64,000 bases of DNA from Candidatus Hodarchaeota archaeon (GTDB taxonomy: Archaea > Asgardarchaeota > Lokiarchaeia > Sigyniarchaeales > SOKP01). A program made the position numbers and the translations under genes. This document shows positions 60,456-64,000 of the stretch, piece after piece. The stretch covers positions 32,001 through 96,000 of the forward strand of contig JBHLJY010000007.1 in the NCBI GenBank assembly GCA_048887225.1, in the 5' to 3' direction. Within the stretch, counting starts at the first letter, position 1; the number at the start of each line of letters is the position of its first letter. The notes under the pieces were generated by a model that was not told the DNA's origin, ran no database searches, and saw only the letters and a program-made list of their open reading frames with translations.

Positions 60456-60728
60456 TTAAAAGGAATAGTCAAAGTTTTTAAATTTATTTTGAGGCTCTTT
60501 AATTTCGTAATCAACTTTATCAACATGTGCATATTTTGGACCTTTTTTAGAAAACTCAAGTAATTCAAGCAATTTTTCACGGGGTCCTTCTGCTTCAATA
60601 TATACACTACCATCTGGCATATTTTTAACGTAACCAGTTAAACCTAATTTTCTAGCAACTTTTCGAGTCGTATAACGAAAAAAAACTCCTTGAACTAGTC
60701 CATAAACGTTAATAATAATTCGCTTCAT
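60456..60728 (-). CDS. acyP: Acylphosphatase
   Basis: GLVQGVFFR, GYVKNMPDGSV. Confidence 0.95.
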   Translation of the reverse strand: MKRIIINVYGLVQGVFFRYTTRKVARKLGLTGYVKNMPDGSVYIEAEGPREKLLELLEFSKKGPKYAHVDKVDYEIKEPQNKFKNFDYSF

Positions 60729-60753
60729 TTCAAATAATTAATTTCTTATTTAA

Positions 60754-61887
60754 TTATTTACTCACTAGCTTTTTCATAATATTAATATATTCATCTAAAT
60801 CTTCTTTTAATATTTCAGGATGAATATCCAGAGCAAAAACCTCCTCTGTTACTTTTTCTACGACTGGTAGATTAATCTTTGAATATTCAATATCTTTTCC
60901 ATAAAAGGGACAAGACCATGGACAACCCTTAGGATATGCTATTTTTTCTTGAAATAATTTAGTCTGATATAATGGAATGGGATATAGTACTTTGCTCTGA
61001 GGAAATTTTTCTATGAAATGTTGTTTGTTTAATCCAATTATATTAGGTTGAATTCTTCCAATCCAATAATTAAAGGCGGGTTCACAATATTCTGGAACAT
61101 AAGGAGGATCAATTCCATTGATATCATTTACTTTATCTGTTAAATATTGTGCATTTTTATTTCGCGCCTTTACGTAATCATCTAACTTCCTTAATTGAAC
61201 TCTTCCGATTGCTCCTTGAATTTCAGTCATTCTATAATTCCAACCTAAACGATTATAAACATACCAAGAAGGTTCACCATGATGCCTGATTAATCTACAT
61301 AACTCAGCTAATTTGTCATTATTGGTGGTGATCATTCCCCCTTCTCCCGTAGTCATATTTTTAGAAGGATAAAAACTAAAAGCACTAAAATTTCCTAATG
61401 ATCCTACTTTTTTGCCTTTATATTTTGCTCCATGTGCTTGACATGCATCTTCAATAATATACAAATTATTCTCTTTAGCAATTTCCAAAAGAGGGTCCAT
61501 ATCAGCTGTTAATCCAGCTAAATGTACAGGAATTATTGCCTTGGTTTTATTTGTTATCCGTTTACTTATTGAATCTGGATCTAAGGTATAGGTTTTGTTG
61601 TCTATATCAGCAAATATAGGAATTGCGTTATTTTGCAAAATTGAGCTTGCCGTAGCTATAAAAGTAAAAGGAGGAACAATTATTTCATCACCAGGTCCAA
61701 TTCCCAATGCTGCAATAGCAATATGGAGGGCCGCAGTTCCAGAATTAACTCCAATAGCATGTTTTACACCAATATAATTTGCAAATTCTTTTTCAAAATT
61801 TTTTACGACATTTCCAGCTAATAAGGTTAGCATCTGAGATTCAATTACCTTAATAACTTCTTTTTTTTCTTCCTCAGTAAGATTCAT
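60754..61887 (-). CDS. DegT/DnrJ/EryC1/StrS PLP-dependent aminotransferase
   Basis: NSGTAALH, TFIATA, IEDACQAHGA, SFYPSKNMTTGEGG, GWNYRM. Confidence 0.93.
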   Translation of the reverse strand: MNLTEEEKKEVIKVIESQMLTLLAGNVVKNFEKEFANYIGVKHAIGVNSGTAALHIAIAALGIGPGDEIIVPPFTFIATASSILQNNAIPIFADIDNKTYTLDPDSISKRITNKTKAIIPVHLAGLTADMDPLLEIAKENNLYIIEDACQAHGAKYKGKKVGSLGNFSAFSFYPSKNMTTGEGGMITTNNDKLAELCRLIRHHGEPSWYVYNRLGWNYRMTEIQGAIGRVQLRKLDDYVKARNKNAQYLTDKVNDINGIDPPYVPEYCEPAFNYWIGRIQPNIIGLNKQHFIEKFPQSKVLYPIPLYQTKLFQEKIAYPKGCPWSCPFYGKDIEYSKINLPVVEKVTEEVFALDIHPEILKEDLDEYINIMKKLVSK

Positions 61888-61999
61888 TTTAGCCTCTTAA
61901 ATCTTTATTTTTTTAAGATTTGATTATAGCACATATAAATAAAAAAAAGAATAGCCATCTTAAGAATGTGCTTATTAAAAAATAGAAAGGAAAGGCTTT

Positions 62000-62635
62000 T
62001 TAGTATAATATAAAATATGTGTTATTTGTACTATTGTAAGCAACTATTTTATCTTTAAGAAGACTTTTTATAACGCTCTCTAACCAACGCTCACTAGTTT
62101 TTACTTGTTTTTTAATATCGTTATAACTTAGTTGATCATTCGTAGCTAATAAGAATAAGATTCTGCTTTTAATAGTTAATTGGTTTGAACTTAGTACTCT
62201 ATCAATTCTTTTTTCTAAATCATAGAGTCTCATCTTCAAATCTGCGACCTCATTACTTAATTTAGCAATGACCTCATCTCTAGTTCTAAAGACATTTAAA
62301 CTGAATTTAAATCTCCTTTCTAATTGTTCCTTTAAATCCTCTTCATTTTCATATTTATCAAGATCTTTGTTGAATTCTTCAAGAACGATTAGATAATCGT
62401 TGCCTTCATCAAATTTGTCTAATACAAGAACAATCACTATTTCTTTTTTGGAATTATAAAAGGAAACTGAATTCCATTCTTTCTCTTCCGTTATGATATA
62501 CGATTCCGTAAAATTATGAGAAATTTGAATTTGTTGTACTACGCTATCAGGAATATTGAGATCCCCTGGAAACTTCAAATAAATTGTTCCACCAATTACC
62601 TCATCCCACTTTATTAGGAAGATTCCTTTAGGTAT
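62000..62635 (-). CDS. Longin/uDENN-like N-terminus, coiled coil and C-terminal wHTH; start upstream of the ORF-track call
   Basis: In-frame extension (M)PKGIFLIKWDEVIGGTIYLKFP from ATA at 62635, with GGTGA SD; heptad region; wHTH tail. Confidence 0.65.
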   Translation of the reverse strand: MPKGIFLIKWDEVIGGTIYLKFPGDLNIPDSVVQQIQISHNFTESYIITEEKEWNSVSFYNSKKEIVIVLVLDKFDEGNDYLIVLEEFNKDLDKYENEEDLKEQLERRFKFSLNVFRTRDEVIAKLSNEVADLKMRLYDLEKRIDRVLSSNQLTIKSRILFLLATNDQLSYNDIKKQVKTSERWLESVIKSLLKDKIVAYNSTNNTYFILY

Positions 62636-62815
62636 TATCTTTCACCAATAAATTTAATATATAATTTTAAAAATAAACTTTTATGACTTAATAATAATCG
62701 TATTGTATTTTCTTTATATTTTTATTTGAAATTTTTTAAGAAAAATAGTTCATTAAGTAAGATTATCTAAAAAAATATATATGACAAATTCGATTTCTTA
62801 AATAGAGGATTCTTT

Positions 62816-63085
62816 ATGTCTGTTTATTACGTCTATATCTTAGAAACAGTAACTAATAACGGTAAAAAAGGCTATTATACTGGATATACTAATGATTTAT
62901 TTAGAAGATGGAATCAACATCGAAATGGGACTGGGGCTAAATATTGTCGAGGTAAAAAAAAAGTTGAATTAAAGTATTTTGAAACCTATACAAATAGAAA
63001 AGAAGCTATGAGACGTGAATTAGAAATTAAGTCTTTTTCAAGGCAAAAGAAATCAGAATTAATTAAGAACTTCATTTATAGCTGA
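62816..63085 (+). CDS. Small GIY-YIG nuclease (UPF0213/YazA, SLX1-like)
   Basis: YYVYIL...YYTGYTNDL.RR..QH..G.GAKY...A.RRE..IK. Confidence 0.9.
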   Translation: MSVYYVYILETVTNNGKKGYYTGYTNDLFRRWNQHRNGTGAKYCRGKKKVELKYFETYTNRKEAMRRELEIKSFSRQKKSELIKNFIYS

Positions 63086-63093
63086 TTTAATCG

Positions 63094-63894
63094 TTGGAAA
63101 AAGATAACTTTTTGATTTGTTTAGCTGGGTTACCAGCATCGGGTAAATCTAATTTTGCTAATAAGTTGAGAGAATTATTAGAGAAAAGATTTAATAATTT
63201 GAAGGTAAAAATTATAGATCCAGATAAGATTAGGGAGAATATAGTTCCAGGTGAATTTGATTATAATAAAGAACAAATAGTTCGAAACAAAAACTTAGAA
63301 TCTGTAAAAAAGGAACTGGATTCAGGTTTCATCGTTATTAACGATGATTTAAATTATTACACCAGTATGAGACACGATTTGAAAGAAATTGCTGAAAATT
63401 TGGGTCTGAAATATTTCATAATTCATATATCGACACCACTTGAAATTTGCATAAAATGGAATGAAGAGAGAGGTAAACCAATTCCAAACAGCGTGATTCT
63501 TAATATAAGTCAAAAATTTGACGAATTTGGTAAATATAATTGGGATATTCCTATAGCAAATTACGATCTCTCTAAATTGAAAGATTTAAATCAATCAATT
63601 GAAAAATTGATTAATACCTTTATTCAAAACTTAAAACTCTTGAAAATTAGAACAGAAAAAAAAGAAATTGTTCAGCAAAGTTTAAGTCTGGATAATGAAA
63701 AATTAGATAGAATAACGAGAAAGATAGTTGGAGATTTATTAAGAACTCCTAAATATCGCTCTTTAAAGAATAAAATTATAAAATATCGAAAAATGTATGT
63801 GAAAAAGAGAGCAAATACAGTTTTAAGTGAATCTGATATTATAAAAACTTTTAAGCAATATTTAGAGAAGAGTTTAAACATTAAAATTTCCTAA
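63094..63894 (+). CDS. pstK: L-seryl-tRNA(Sec) kinase (PSTK/KTI12 family)
   Basis: GLPASGKS, DKIR, DDLNYYTSMRHDL, N..R...IP, WD.P, helical C-terminal domain. Confidence 0.8.
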   Translation: MEKDNFLICLAGLPASGKSNFANKLRELLEKRFNNLKVKIIDPDKIRENIVPGEFDYNKEQIVRNKNLESVKKELDSGFIVINDDLNYYTSMRHDLKEIAENLGLKYFIIHISTPLEICIKWNEERGKPIPNSVILNISQKFDEFGKYNWDIPIANYDLSKLKDLNQSIEKLINTFIQNLKLLKIRTEKKEIVQQSLSLDNEKLDRITRKIVGDLLRTPKYRSLKNKIIKYRKMYVKKRANTVLSESDIIKTFKQYLEKSLNIKIS

Positions 63895-64000
63895 GAATTC
63901 TTTGAGTAGAATGTTATTAAAAATAAAGAAAAAGAAAATAAACCATTAATTCCTTTAAATACTTGGATTAAAATATTTTATATATTAGTACATCAAATTT

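Noticed and set aside
3264-63881. Numerous 60-165 aa antisense or alternate-frame ORFs in the track (e.g. 4100-4351, 18184-18528, 25045-25413, 36729-36926, 43468-43965, 48096-48536)
   Set aside because: They overlap well-supported genes and have no family motifs; treated as shadow ORFs
1-64000. Selenoprotein (in-frame TGA) genes or SECIS elements, prompted by the PSTK-like gene
   Set aside because: The TGA-ending ORFs I inspected end at natural family C-termini or hit another stop or gene soon after; the thioredoxin has Cys-x-x-Cys; no convincing SECIS was seen
1-64000. CRISPR array, tRNA, rRNA, IS transposase, integrase
   Set aside because: No regularly spaced repeats, no GC-rich RNA-gene islands and no such ORF recognised by eye
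63891-64000. Possible 3' end of a minus-strand gene at the window edge
   Set aside because: The frame ending at TAG 63891 is closed by an upstream TAA within the window

Overview
An AT-rich, gene-dense archaeal chromosome segment, almost certainly from an Asgard archaeon (Lokiarchaeia-like). The assignment rests on a profilin, four Rab/Ras-like small GTPases, longin-like proteins, a JAMM/MPN protein, a V4R protein, L38e/L40e, TBP, thermosome, archaeal ThrRS, SepRS and a PSTK-like kinase. Most genes are housekeeping (translation, tRNA modification, flavin, CoA and polyamine metabolism). No tRNA, rRNA, CRISPR array or transposase was seen. Four signals stand out. (1) An unannotated ~440-nt highly base-paired element (28767-29208) is closed by a perfect 12-bp terminal helix, and its mismatches resolve to G-U pairs mostly on the minus strand, so it is a candidate large structured ncRNA of unknown class. 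(2) A free-standing, divergent GIY-YIG-like nuclease gene is flanked by a recoded duplicate of the first 11 codons of thrS, which looks like a homing or integration scar. (3) At least five genes have conserved N-termini with no ATG/GTG/TTG and appear to start at ATA/ATC/ATT, four of them behind SD-like motifs. (4) There is a GTPase-thioredoxin-V4R-GTPase cluster. All family calls come from motif recognition by eye; no searches or folding programs were run.
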